Shown piece after piece: positions 52,598-61,236 of a stretch of 61,236 bases of DNA; position 1 is the first letter of the stretch, and each line of letters begins with the position of its first letter. This DNA comes from an uncultured Erysipelotrichaceae bacterium. Its GTDB lineage: Bacteria; Bacillota_I; Bacilli_A; RF39; UBA660. Where the stretch lies: the NCBI GenBank assembly GCA_902801795.1, contig CADCJQ010000004.1, forward strand, positions 1 to 61,236, written 5' to 3'. The notes under the pieces were generated by a model. The model worked only from the letters and a program-made list of their open reading frames with translations. It was not told the DNA's origin and did no database searches. Both the position numbers and the translations under genes were made by a program.

Positions 52598-54487
52598 TTA
52601 TTTTTTTAATTTTTTTACTTTTTCTTTTTCACGATAATCAATTATACCTTCATTTAAATTACCAATCTTGTCAGCAATTTTATTTAATTCTAAGTAATCA
52701 ATTTTTTCCATTAGTGTATATGGTATATCAGAAACAATTCTTATCCAATTTGGTCTCTCTCTAGGAGGAATATTATCATTTATTATTTTTTTAATATCAC
52801 GAAGTGCATCAGTAAAATTAACATTTTCTTTTAGTTGAACAAACAACATTGGCAATTCTCCAGCAGAATCTCGATATGGCTTCACGCCTATTGCTCCACA
52901 TTGAAGCACAAATTCACTACTTGCTACCGCGTTTTCAATTGGTAAAAGTGGTGTTGTATGTCCATCAGGGCGCATAATCGCATGACTTCTCCTTGACACA
53001 AAAAATGTTACTCCATCACTATCCATATATCCCATATCCGCAGTTCTAAACCATATTTTTCCATTTCTTTGATAAAATGCTTTCTCCGTCTGTTCTGAAT
53101 TATTTAGATAACCATTAGCATGCGTAATTGATGCTACTTCTATTTCACCTATCGACATTTTTCCATAAGGAATTTCTTCTCTAGTTTCTGGATTAACTAT
53201 TCTAACAATATTTTGAGCAAGTGGAATACCTACACTACCAATTTTATTATCAGCATTTGATGACGTAGTTGTAAAACCACCACCATTCTCAGTTGAACCA
53301 AGTCCTTTTTTTACTTTTGGACCGCCAGCATCGACAAATGTTTCATTCATGTGTATTTCATGAGGTTCTAATATTTTATCACCACCAGATACTAAACATT
53401 TTACATAGTTAAGTTTTTCATTCGGATGTTTTTTTAAATACTTATCCAGTTCTTCAAAATGCTTTGGTGACCCCATAACAAAAGTACATTTAGATGCACG
53501 AATATACTTCGCAAATTTTTCAATTTTAGGACTAGGTATTAAATATATCATAACACCATAGCAAAGTGCATTATGCATACCGCTGCTTGAACCATAAGCA
53601 GAAAAAAACGGAACATTTCCCAAAAAAATTTCACCAGGTTTTGGAGAAAAACCAGAATATTTAATTTGTAAATTTTGACCATTATATGTTTCATTTCGAA
53701 GTTCTACTCCTTTTGGAACTCCGCTCGTTCCACTAGTATATACAACAACAGCTGTTCTATCTTTAATATAGGGAAATTCTTTAACTTCAAAATTATTTTT
53801 TCCTATTTTTTCAAAATCATAATAATCAAGATATTTTCCATGTGTTTTGACTTTTTTGTGAAATAAATCATAAATAACTTTTTTGTTTTTTGGAAGGGAA
53901 ACACTTGGCGATACAGAAATAACTCTTTCTAAAGTGCTGTCATCAATCATTTTTTCAATATTTTCATAGCATTTATCAATCATAATCATATATTTAGCAC
54001 TTGATGTATTTACATAACTTAAAATACGTCTAGCATTTGTACGTGGCTCAATTAAGTTAGGTATTGCCCCTATTTTTATTAGACCATAAAATGCATAAAT
54101 AAATTCTGGTGTATTTGCCATACAAATTACAACATGTTCACCAGGCTTTATTCCTAGACCCACAAAACATTTCGCAAAATACTCACATTTTTTTATTAAT
54201 TCATCATAAGTAATATATGTACCCTTATAAAACAAAGCATTATTTTCTTTAAATTTCATAGAATTATCTCTCAAGACTTGCCACATTGTCTTAGATACAA
54301 TCTTATCACTATCAGCTTTTTCATCTGTTAATTTTAACCATGGTTCATCAATAGAAGAATAACCGGTCATTGGACCAAATAGTTTTCCTTCTTGCAAATC
54401 TCTTAAATATCTTTTGTGTTCAATTTTTTGCTCATAACTTAAATTGTCAATATTATTCAAATAATTATCAATATCTTCTTTTGTCAT
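52598..54487 (-). CDS. AMP-binding (acyl-CoA synthetase-like) enzyme
   Basis: YTSGTSGVPKG, GLGSTE, WFRTADMG, T.MEKID. Confidence 0.88.
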   Translation of the reverse strand: MTKEDIDNYLNNIDNLSYEQKIEHKRYLRDLQEGKLFGPMTGYSSIDEPWLKLTDEKADSDKIVSKTMWQVLRDNSMKFKENNALFYKGTYITYDELIKKCEYFAKCFVGLGIKPGEHVVICMANTPEFIYAFYGLIKIGAIPNLIEPRTNARRILSYVNTSSAKYMIMIDKCYENIEKMIDDSTLERVISVSPSVSLPKNKKVIYDLFHKKVKTHGKYLDYYDFEKIGKNNFEVKEFPYIKDRTAVVVYTSGTSGVPKGVELRNETYNGQNLQIKYSGFSPKPGEIFLGNVPFFSAYGSSSGMHNALCYGVMIYLIPSPKIEKFAKYIRASKCTFVMGSPKHFEELDKYLKKHPNEKLNYVKCLVSGGDKILEPHEIHMNETFVDAGGPKVKKGLGSTENGGGFTTTSSNADNKIGSVGIPLAQNIVRIVNPETREEIPYGKMSIGEIEVASITHANGYLNNSEQTEKAFYQRNGKIWFRTADMGYMDSDGVTFFVSRRSHAIMRPDGHTTPLLPIENAVASSEFVLQCGAIGVKPYRDSAGELPMLFVQLKENVNFTDALRDIKKIINDNIPPRERPNWIRIVSDIPYTLMEKIDYLELNKIADKIGNLNEGIIDYREKEKVKKLKK

Positions 54488-54669
54488 AAATCCTCCTTTT
54501 AATGTCTAACTTTATTATAAAGTAAATAAGTAACTTATGCAATTGGTTTGACAATAACTTAGACACATTTACTTATAATAGCAGTTTTTTATAATTAAAT
54601 AAATCCCTATACAAGAACTTATATAGGGAACAATAATTTATAATAAAAAAAGCAAAGAATCTTTCATCT

Positions 54670-55017
54670 TTACTTTTTATCTTGTTCATGAATTTTTTCA
54701 ATAATTTTTTCAATATTCATTCCATAATCAATAGAATTATCATAATTAAAGATTAATTCGGGAGTATGTCTTATATTAATATTTTCTGCAAGTTTACTTC
54801 TTAAAAATCCTTTTGCTTCATCTAATTCATTTAATACTTTATCTTTATCTTCATCCATACATGTAAAGTATACTTTAGCGAATGATAAATCATTAGTAAT
54901 TTCTACAGCAGTTAAATTAACATTTTTAATAATTGGATTTTTTATTTCTTTAAAAATAATTTTAGATAGTTCCGCAAGAAATTGATTATTAAGACGATCT
55001 AATTTGACACTATTCAT
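54670..55017 (-). CDS. rbfA: Ribosome-binding factor A
   Basis: T.VE.T.DLS.AKVYF, GFLR, RHTPEL.F.YD.S. Confidence 0.95.
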   Translation of the reverse strand: MNSVKLDRLNNQFLAELSKIIFKEIKNPIIKNVNLTAVEITNDLSFAKVYFTCMDEDKDKVLNELDEAKGFLRSKLAENINIRHTPELIFNYDNSIDYGMNIEKIIEKIHEQDKK

Positions 55018-57176
55018 TATTTAACCTCAACATTCATGAAAACTTCAATAATATCGCCTTCTCTTATATCTTGATAATCAAGAATAGTAAGACCACAATC
55101 ATAACCTGAATTAACTTCTTTAACTTGGTCTTTTTCTCTTTGAAGAGAAGCAATTTTACTTGTATAGATAACAATACCATCACGAATAATTCTGGCATCA
55201 CTGCCATTTTTAATAACACCACTAGTTACATGACATCCCGCAATATTACCAATTTTAGAGAATTTAAAGATTTGTCTAACTTCTGCTTCTCCAAGGATTT
55301 TTTCTTCATAAACAGGATCTAACATTCCTTTAATGGCTGCTTCCATATCTTCGACAACTTTATAAATAATATTATATAACCTTATTTCTACATTTGCTTC
55401 TTTAGCAAGTTCAGTTGTTTTACCATTAGGTCTTACATTAAATCCAATAATAATAGCATTAGATGCTGAACCTAATTTAACATCACTTTCTGTAATAGTT
55501 CCTACACCACTTCTTATTACATTAACCCTTACTCCGTCAAGATTAATTTTTTCAAGAGATTTTCTTACGGCTTCTTCGCTACCTTTAACATCGGTTTTTA
55601 AAATAACATTAATTTCTTTAGCCCCATCTTTAACTAAAGAATATAAATCATCTAAACTCATACCACTACGGTTTGTATCTTTATTATGTGATTTTAGTTT
55701 TCTTTGTTCTGAAACATTTCTTGCTTCTTTTTCCGTTTCAAAAGCCATAAATTTATCACCAGCCGTTGGTAATTCATTAATACCTGTTATTTCAACTGGA
55801 GTAGATGGTCCAGCCATTGTAATATTATTTCCTTTATCATCTTTTAAACTTCTTATTTTACCATAACTTGTACCAATAACAACTGGATCACCAATTCTTA
55901 AAGTACCACTTTGAACAAGAAGACTTACTACACTTCCTACTTTATTATCACTACGAGCTTCTAAAACAGTACCAGTGGCATAACGATTAGGATTAGCCTT
56001 TAATTCTCTCATTTCACTAATTAAAGTAAGTGTTTCTAATAATTCATTAACGCCAATTCCTTTTTTAGCAGAAATATTACATACAACAACATCTCCACCA
56101 TATGCTTCTGGAATTAAACCATTTTCCGTAAGTTCCGTTAATACACGTTCTGGATTAGCTTCTGGTAAATCAATTTTATTAATCGCTACAACAATTGGTA
56201 CACCAGCCGCTTTGGCATGATCAATAGCTTCCTTTGTTTGTGGCATAATACCATCATTAGCTGCAACAATTAAGACAACGATATCGGTTACACTTGCACC
56301 ACGACTACGCATTTCTGTAAATGCTTCATGTCCTGGAGTATCAATAAAAGTTATTTTCTTTCCGTTAACTTCTACCTGATAAGCTCCAATTGCTTGCGTA
56401 ATACCTCCTGCTTCACCACTAGCAACATTAGTTTTTCTAATCGTATCAAGAAGGGTTGTTTTACCATGATCAACATGTCCCATAATGGTAATAACTGGTG
56501 GACGATACTCTAAATCTTCTTCTCTATCAACAATTTCATATTCTTCAAAATTCGCTTTATTGGTTTGTTCTTCTTTTTTTAATTTTTTATCATAATCAAT
56601 AACAATCATTTCACAAGTATCATAATTAATCTCTTGATTAATGGTTGCCATAATTCCTAAATTAAAGAGTTTTTTAATAATTTCTGATGGTGTTACCGAT
56701 AACTTATCTGCAAGATGTCCTACTGTCATATTATCATCATAAACAATAACATCATCTTCCTCTTGATTAGTCATTAATTTGTCACGGTGTTTGTAAATTT
56801 CTTTTTTACCTTTTAAGAATTTTGCTTTTGATGAATTATTATTATTTTTATTAAACTTATTATTTCCTTTATTAATTTTTACATTAGTTTGTTTCTGACT
56901 TTCTTGTTTACCAATTTTCTCGAATTTAGTATCTTCATCTAAATCAATATCAATACTACTAACTAAATTCGATACTTTTTCTTCTAATTCTTCATCAAGT
57001 TCATAATCAGGATTTAAATTTTCTTTTAAAGAATCAATTTCATTATCTAATATTGTTATTTCTTCATCAGTTAAAAAATCTTCTTCTTTATTTTTATTAA
57101 TTCCTAATTCTTTACATAAATTAATTATTTCAGAAACATCTTTATCTACATCCATAGCATATTCTAAAATATTCAT
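55017..57176 (-). CDS. infB: Translation initiation factor IF-2
   Basis: [39 protein letters not shown]. Confidence 0.98.
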   Translation of the reverse strand: MNILEYAMDVDKDVSEIINLCKELGINKNKEEDFLTDEEITILDNEIDSLKENLNPDYELDEELEEKVSNLVSSIDIDLDEDTKFEKIGKQESQKQTNVKINKGNNKFNKNNNNSSKAKFLKGKKEIYKHRDKLMTNQEEDDVIVYDDNMTVGHLADKLSVTPSEIIKKLFNLGIMATINQEINYDTCEMIVIDYDKKLKKEEQTNKANFEEYEIVDREEDLEYRPPVITIMGHVDHGKTTLLDTIRKTNVASGEAGGITQAIGAYQVEVNGKKITFIDTPGHEAFTEMRSRGASVTDIVVLIVAANDGIMPQTKEAIDHAKAAGVPIVVAINKIDLPEANPERVLTELTENGLIPEAYGGDVVVCNISAKKGIGVNELLETLTLISEMRELKANPNRYATGTVLEARSDNKVGSVVSLLVQSGTLRIGDPVVIGTSYGKIRSLKDDKGNNITMAGPSTPVEITGINELPTAGDKFMAFETEKEARNVSEQRKLKSHNKDTNRSGMSLDDLYSLVKDGAKEINVILKTDVKGSEEAVRKSLEKINLDGVRVNVIRSGVGTITESDVKLGSASNAIIIGFNVRPNGKTTELAKEANVEIRLYNIIYKVVEDMEAAIKGMLDPVYEEKILGEAEVRQIFKFSKIGNIAGCHVTSGVIKNGSDARIIRDGIVIYTSKIASLQREKDQVKEVNSGYDCGLTILDYQDIREGDIIEVFMNVEVK

Positions 57177-57194
57177 TTATTCCACCTACCTTTT

Positions 57195-57458
57195 TTAATT
57201 ATTTATTATATTTTTGATTTCCTCATAAACATCATTTGATATCTCTATTTCAAGGTGTCGTTCTAAAACTTTGGTTTTTATGGCCTTTTCTAGTGTATCC
57301 AAATCTTTCTTAATATATGCACCACGACCATTTAATTTACCAGTTATATCAGCTTTTACTTCTCCTTCTGGTGTTTTAACAATTCGAAGAAGTTCTTTTT
57401 TAGGAAGACATTCTTTAGTTACAACACAAGTTCTCATAGGTATTTTCTTTATTTTCAT
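57195..57458 (-). CDS. ylxR: YlxR family RNA-binding protein
   Basis: P.RTCVV....KKELLRIV, GRGAY. Confidence 0.93.
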   Translation of the reverse strand: MKIKKIPMRTCVVTKECLPKKELLRIVKTPEGEVKADITGKLNGRGAYIKKDLDTLEKAIKTKVLERHLEIEISNDVYEEIKNIINN

Positions 57459-58552
57459 TATTCACCTTTAATATTAATACCAAGTTCACTTGCATCTTTC
57501 ATACTTTTAATATCAAGTTTATAGCGTGTTAACTTAGAAGCAAGTCTGGCATTTAATCCTTTTTTACCTATTGCTAAAGAGAAATTATCATCATCCGCTA
57601 CTACAATTGCTTCTTTTTTCTTTTCATCTGTAATTAAAACCGTAAGATTCTTGGCAGGCGCTAAGGCATTTTCAATAAATACTTTAGGATCATTATCATA
57701 TTTAATAACATCAATCTTCTCTCCATGTAATTCTTTTATGATATTAGCAATACGACTTCCTTTTTCTCCAATACATGCACCAATAGGTTCAAAATTTGGT
57801 TTCTCAGTATATACTGCTACTTTGCTTCTGACACCAGGTTCTCTTGCAACACCATACATAAGTAAGGTTCCATCACTAAATTCTGGTATTTCAAGTTCAA
57901 ATAATCTCTTAACAAAACCATAATGACACCTTGATAATTTAATAACTAAATTACGTCCAGAGTTATCAACTTTGGTAACATAAACTTTAATAGTACTTCC
58001 CATTTCAATTTTTTCACCAGGAATAATATCCCTTTTAGGAAGAATTCCATTACTACGTCCTAAATCAATAAAATAATTATCGGTATCTTCTAGGGCAACT
58101 GTTCCAACAAGAAGTTCATCTTGTTTATCTTGAAAAGCATCTAAAGTTACTTGACGTTCTGCTTCTCTTACTTTTTGAACAACAACTTGTTTTGCTGTTG
58201 AAGCTGCTACACGTCCAAAATCTTCTGTTGTAACTTCTGTATCAATCGTATCACCAATTTCTAAATTAGGATTAATTTTCTTAGCGTCTTCTAAACTAAT
58301 TTCAATCTCAGGATTAGTTACTTCTTCAACAACGGTTATATAAGAATAAACTTTAATTTCTCCTGTTACGGGATTTACCGTTGCTTTACCATTAGCCTTA
58401 CCTGTATGTTTTTTATAAGCAGAGGCAAGTGCAAGTTCCATTGCTTCTAGTACTTGTCCTTTATCAATACCTTTTTCTTTAACAATGGCATCAAGGGCTG
58501 TTAAAAATTCTTTTGTAGGATCTACATATTCTACTTTCTTTTTTGCTTTCAT
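57458..58552 (-). CDS. nusA: Transcription factor NusA
   Basis: FGRVAA.TAKQV, LFELEIPE, AREPG.RSK, GACIG..G.R, SLAIGK.G.NARLA; start placed at MKAKKK. Confidence 0.96.
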   Translation of the reverse strand: MKAKKKVEYVDPTKEFLTALDAIVKEKGIDKGQVLEAMELALASAYKKHTGKANGKATVNPVTGEIKVYSYITVVEEVTNPEIEISLEDAKKINPNLEIGDTIDTEVTTEDFGRVAASTAKQVVVQKVREAERQVTLDAFQDKQDELLVGTVALEDTDNYFIDLGRSNGILPKRDIIPGEKIEMGSTIKVYVTKVDNSGRNLVIKLSRCHYGFVKRLFELEIPEFSDGTLLMYGVAREPGVRSKVAVYTEKPNFEPIGACIGEKGSRIANIIKELHGEKIDVIKYDNDPKVFIENALAPAKNLTVLITDEKKKEAIVVADDDNFSLAIGKKGLNARLASKLTRYKLDIKSMKDASELGINIKGE

Positions 58553-58553
58553 C

Positions 58554-58799
58554 CTATTCTCCTTTACTCTTTCCATAAATATCTAAATGATATTCTTCAT
58601 CAATAATATTAGCCTCATCAATCAAGGGATTAATAATATTAGTAGCCTCAACAATTAAATTTAAATCAATTATCTCAGGACTATCTAAACATATCCTTAA
58701 AAAATTATGATTATTTTCCTTTTCATAGACCACATTATCAACTGTTAAATGTAATTTTTCTAAACTATCACCAATTATTCTTTTTACCTTCTCTTCCAT
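58554..58799 (-). CDS. rimP: RimP, N-terminal domain only
   Basis: V.Y.KE....FLRI.LD....DL......I...D.....EY.LD; first gene of the nusA operon. Confidence 0.8.
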   Translation of the reverse strand: MEEKVKRIIGDSLEKLHLTVDNVVYEKENNHNFLRICLDSPEIIDLNLIVEATNIINPLIDEANIIDEEYHLDIYGKSKGE

Positions 58800-58820
58800 A
58801 CAACCTCCAAGAATAAATTT

Positions 58821-58842
58821 AAAGAGTGGGTTTCACCCACTC
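58821..58842 (-). promoter_or_regulatory. rimP-nusA leader hairpin (attenuator-like)
   Basis: gagtgggt-gaa-acccactc-ttt just upstream of the rimP RBS. Confidence 0.65.
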
Positions 58843-58889
58843 AACACACTTATTATACCATATATTTTACTTATTTCAAGTCTTTTTCG

Positions 58890-59195
58890 TTATTTTCTAT
58901 CGTATACAGTATCTTCACCAAAAGAATCTTTAATTGTTAATTTGTTATCGGAAATAGTATACGTCGTTTCAAATGCCGCCGTATTACCTTCATAAAGAAT
59001 AGATAATTTGTTATCTTCTACTTTATAAGTACATTTCATAAGAGTCCCAAGAGCATCATAACTACATGTATTATCTTCATTAAAGGTATAAACAAAAGAA
59101 CCATGACCCCATTTACCTATAATAGTATTTCCTTTCCCACATCCAAGAACACTAAAGCAACAAACTAAAGCAACTAATAATAACATCTTCTTCAT
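58890..59195 (-). CDS. Small lipoprotein
   Basis: VLGC lipobox; IIGKW...Y.F.ED..C. Confidence 0.78.
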   Translation of the reverse strand: MKKMLLLVALVCCFSVLGCGKGNTIIGKWGHGSFVYTFNEDNTCSYDALGTLMKCTYKVEDNKLSILYEGNTAAFETTYTISDNKLTIKDSFGEDTVYDRK

Positions 59196-59269
59196 AAATC
59201 CTCCTACATTAATTATATCAAATAAATATCAAAAAAGTAATTAATATTATAGAATTTTCATACAAATCT

Positions 59270-60230
59270 TTAATTATCATTGTAATAATTAGGATTATTA
59301 ATAATATCTAGTACTTCTTCTAAAGATAAATTAGCACACTTAGCAATAGTATTAATATTAATTTTTTCATTATGCATATTAAGTATCATTTCTCTTTTAT
59401 TTTTTAAAATACCTTCTTTAATGCCTTCTTTAATGCCATCATTTTTTACTTCAGATATTATGGAATCATTAATTCTTCTTTGCTCATCTAAAAAATCATA
59501 ATAACGTAATTTAATATCATCTTTTTCGTTCATAGCCTTAGACACCTCTTCTATTATTTCCTTTATACTATGCTTTGTATCCTTCGAATTCATCAACACT
59601 CTTTGTTACCATCGCTGCACATAAATAAAACAAATCTTTCTCATATGGACTTTTTAATTCAATTTCATTTTTACTATACCATAGCTGGTAACATTTTTCA
59701 ATATTTATGTTTAAGATTTTTTGCTTTTTGGTTAGAATATATCCCTCTTCATTTCGAAAATAATAAGTATCAAAAATTTTCTTATGTTCTTTATCGGTAT
59801 AAAAGGTATTTAAGTTAATCAAAAAAGTTGTCCATATTTTATCATAGGTTTCAGATTCCTCTAATCCACTTGTAAATACTTCATTCATATAGAATATATT
59901 ACGATTTAAAATAGTTTCATACCATTTTTTTGATAAATTAACTTCAATCATAATCTTTTGTTTTTCTACGCTTTCTAATCTTACAACAATATCACGTTCT
60001 GTCTTTTTCTTTCCAAGTTCTTTATTTGGAAGAGTGTTAGGTACCACTTCAATATGACCAACTAGATTTTCATAACGTACTTCTAAAACACATGACAAAA
60101 GTAAAGTTAAGGGCTCTAATCTATCATTATTACCAAACATAATTTTCATACATTCATCATACATTAAAGGTACCTTCTCGCCTTCTTTTAATTCATTATA
60201 GTTTTTTGTAGTATTTGTTGTCATTCTCAC
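59270..60230 (-). pseudogene. Rpn / PD-(D/E)XK nuclease-transposase family gene, split at about 59580
   Basis: D..MK..F, D.....IE.N, R...Y, IN.N, INIEK in 59568..60230; GIKEGIKEG...M.......IAK...LS C-terminus in 59270..59599. Confidence 0.78.
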
Positions 60231-60456
60231 CTCCTAAAAAAATTTTTATAACTAGTTACAAGATGAGCATAACAGCAAATTATTATTTTAGTCAAATATG
60301 TAATCTCGGTGAAATACACCTTTGAAATTACCATTTTTGTATAGAATAAAATGACGATTTCAAATATTTTTTTATAAAAAATGTCAAATTGAAGCCTTTT
60401 TAGCAAAACTTTCATTTGACACTTTTTTACACTCTTTATTATTTTTTTTTAATTCA

Positions 60457-60942
60457 TTAATTAATATTTTTCTTTTTACAATATTCTTTACTAATTTTAT
60501 CTAAAGTATTAGATGCCTCTAAATCAGTATAAGAACTATTAAACCCCGTTATTCTAACAAAATCTTCAATTTCCTTATCATCAACCTTATTCTTTAATTT
60601 ATTACTAAATAAAGTAATATTATTATGACAACTTCTTTCATCATTTTTAAACAATATTTTTATTAAACAAAGACAAGCATCATAAACACTATTAAAAGAA
60701 TCATCAAAATATCCTTCATTACTTTCTATAACACACCATTTATTATTTGGATTTTTAAAAAGACAAGTAGCCTCTACCATTGGTAAAAAAATTAACAGAA
60801 AATTAGGAAATTTCTCTTCTCTTGCTAATTCACATAAATGATATAAAACAATTGTTTCTTCTTTCGTTAAAGTTATTTTATTAGTTATGCCATATTTATC
60901 TAACAATTCATAATAATATTCATAAATATCTATTTCTTCCAT
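60457..60942 (-). CDS. Hypothetical protein
   Basis: Open frame; likely start MEEID after GGGGGA. Confidence 0.6.
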   Translation of the reverse strand: MEEIDIYEYYYELLDKYGITNKITLTKEETIVLYHLCELAREEKFPNFLLIFLPMVEATCLFKNPNNKWCVIESNEGYFDDSFNSVYDACLCLIKILFKNDERSCHNNITLFSNKLKNKVDDKEIEDFVRITGFNSSYTDLEASNTLDKISKEYCKKKNIN

Positions 60943-60979
60943 ATGTCCCCCAAAAAACATTATAAAACAAAGTAAATAA

Positions 60980-61236
60980 TTATGCAAAAAGGAAGAAAAT
61001 AATAACAATTATTAATAAGAATATTCCTAATCCTAGAGCAATCCCTCGATTATTATTTTCCAAAATAATAGCATCATAAGGATTCTTACTATTATATTTA
61101 ATTACAACATCAGAACCAACTTCCACATATTTTTTATATTCATCTACTAAACGATATTTTTTAGAATTAACTTCATACTCAACAATTATATGATCTTTTC
61201 GACGTCTTAAATTATATTCAATAACTTTTCCATTAG
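60980..61236 (-). CDS. Partial membrane protein (DUF3592-like), 5' end outside window
   Basis: ..GKVIE...IVEYEVN.KKY.....VG..V.I.YN..NP..A then a TM helix and stop. Confidence 0.55.
   Translation of the reverse strand, partial: NGKVIEYNLRRRKDHIIVEYEVNSKKYRLVDEYKKYVEVGSDVVIKYNSKNPYDAIILENNNRGIALGLGIFLLIIVIIFFLFA

Noticed and set aside
1680-59818. Numerous short + strand ORFs in the track (e.g. 1680, 2475, 7607, 12407, 43483, 57651)
   Set aside because: Antisense shadows of well-supported - strand genes with no RBS or family motifs.
1-61236. Reverse transcriptase or Avd gene for the DGR
   Set aside because: No ORF with RT motifs (YxDD in RT context, G.PQG/GN..SQ) or an Avd-like four-helix protein near the TR; none recognised in the window.
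1-61236. Prophage/ICE context, tRNA or rRNA genes, genetic code 4
   Set aside because: No integrase or phage structural genes, no tRNA/rRNA-like sequence seen, and conserved genes translate fully under code 11 with TGA used as stop.

Overview
Very AT-rich chromosomal window from a low-GC Bacillota/Bacilli genome. Standard code; gene content and style suggest an uncultured RF39-like gut lineage, which is an inference. Nearly all genes are on the - strand. The housekeeping backbone is dnaG-rpoD-trmK, an RNase J paralog, eno, murD, an L,D-transpeptidase, a dac, an arc (arginine deiminase) operon, a BY-kinase/phosphatase pair, a sortase, scpB and rimP-nusA-ylxR-infB-rbfA. The main signal is a dispersed diversity-generating retroelement (DGR) system. 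A stand-alone AAC-rich template repeat (TR, 888-961) has its own promoter-like site, a spacer and a terminator, but no adjacent RT or avd gene. It matches TWO variable repeats in one 765-aa surface protein: in each, 11 of 12 substitutions fall on TR adenines. Two more paralogs (651 aa and 801 aa, about 24 and 35 kb away) and a near-identical tandem copy running off the left edge share a SipW/TasA-type signal-peptide N-terminal module. The two distant paralogs carry VR-like patches that cannot come from this TR, so further TRs and a trans-acting RT are implied elsewhere. Also found: an unannotated type I toxin-antitoxin-like locus (about 18045-18371), a divergent promoter pair with complementary 18-mers (about 35346-35634), and several frameshifted genes that may be real or assembly errors.
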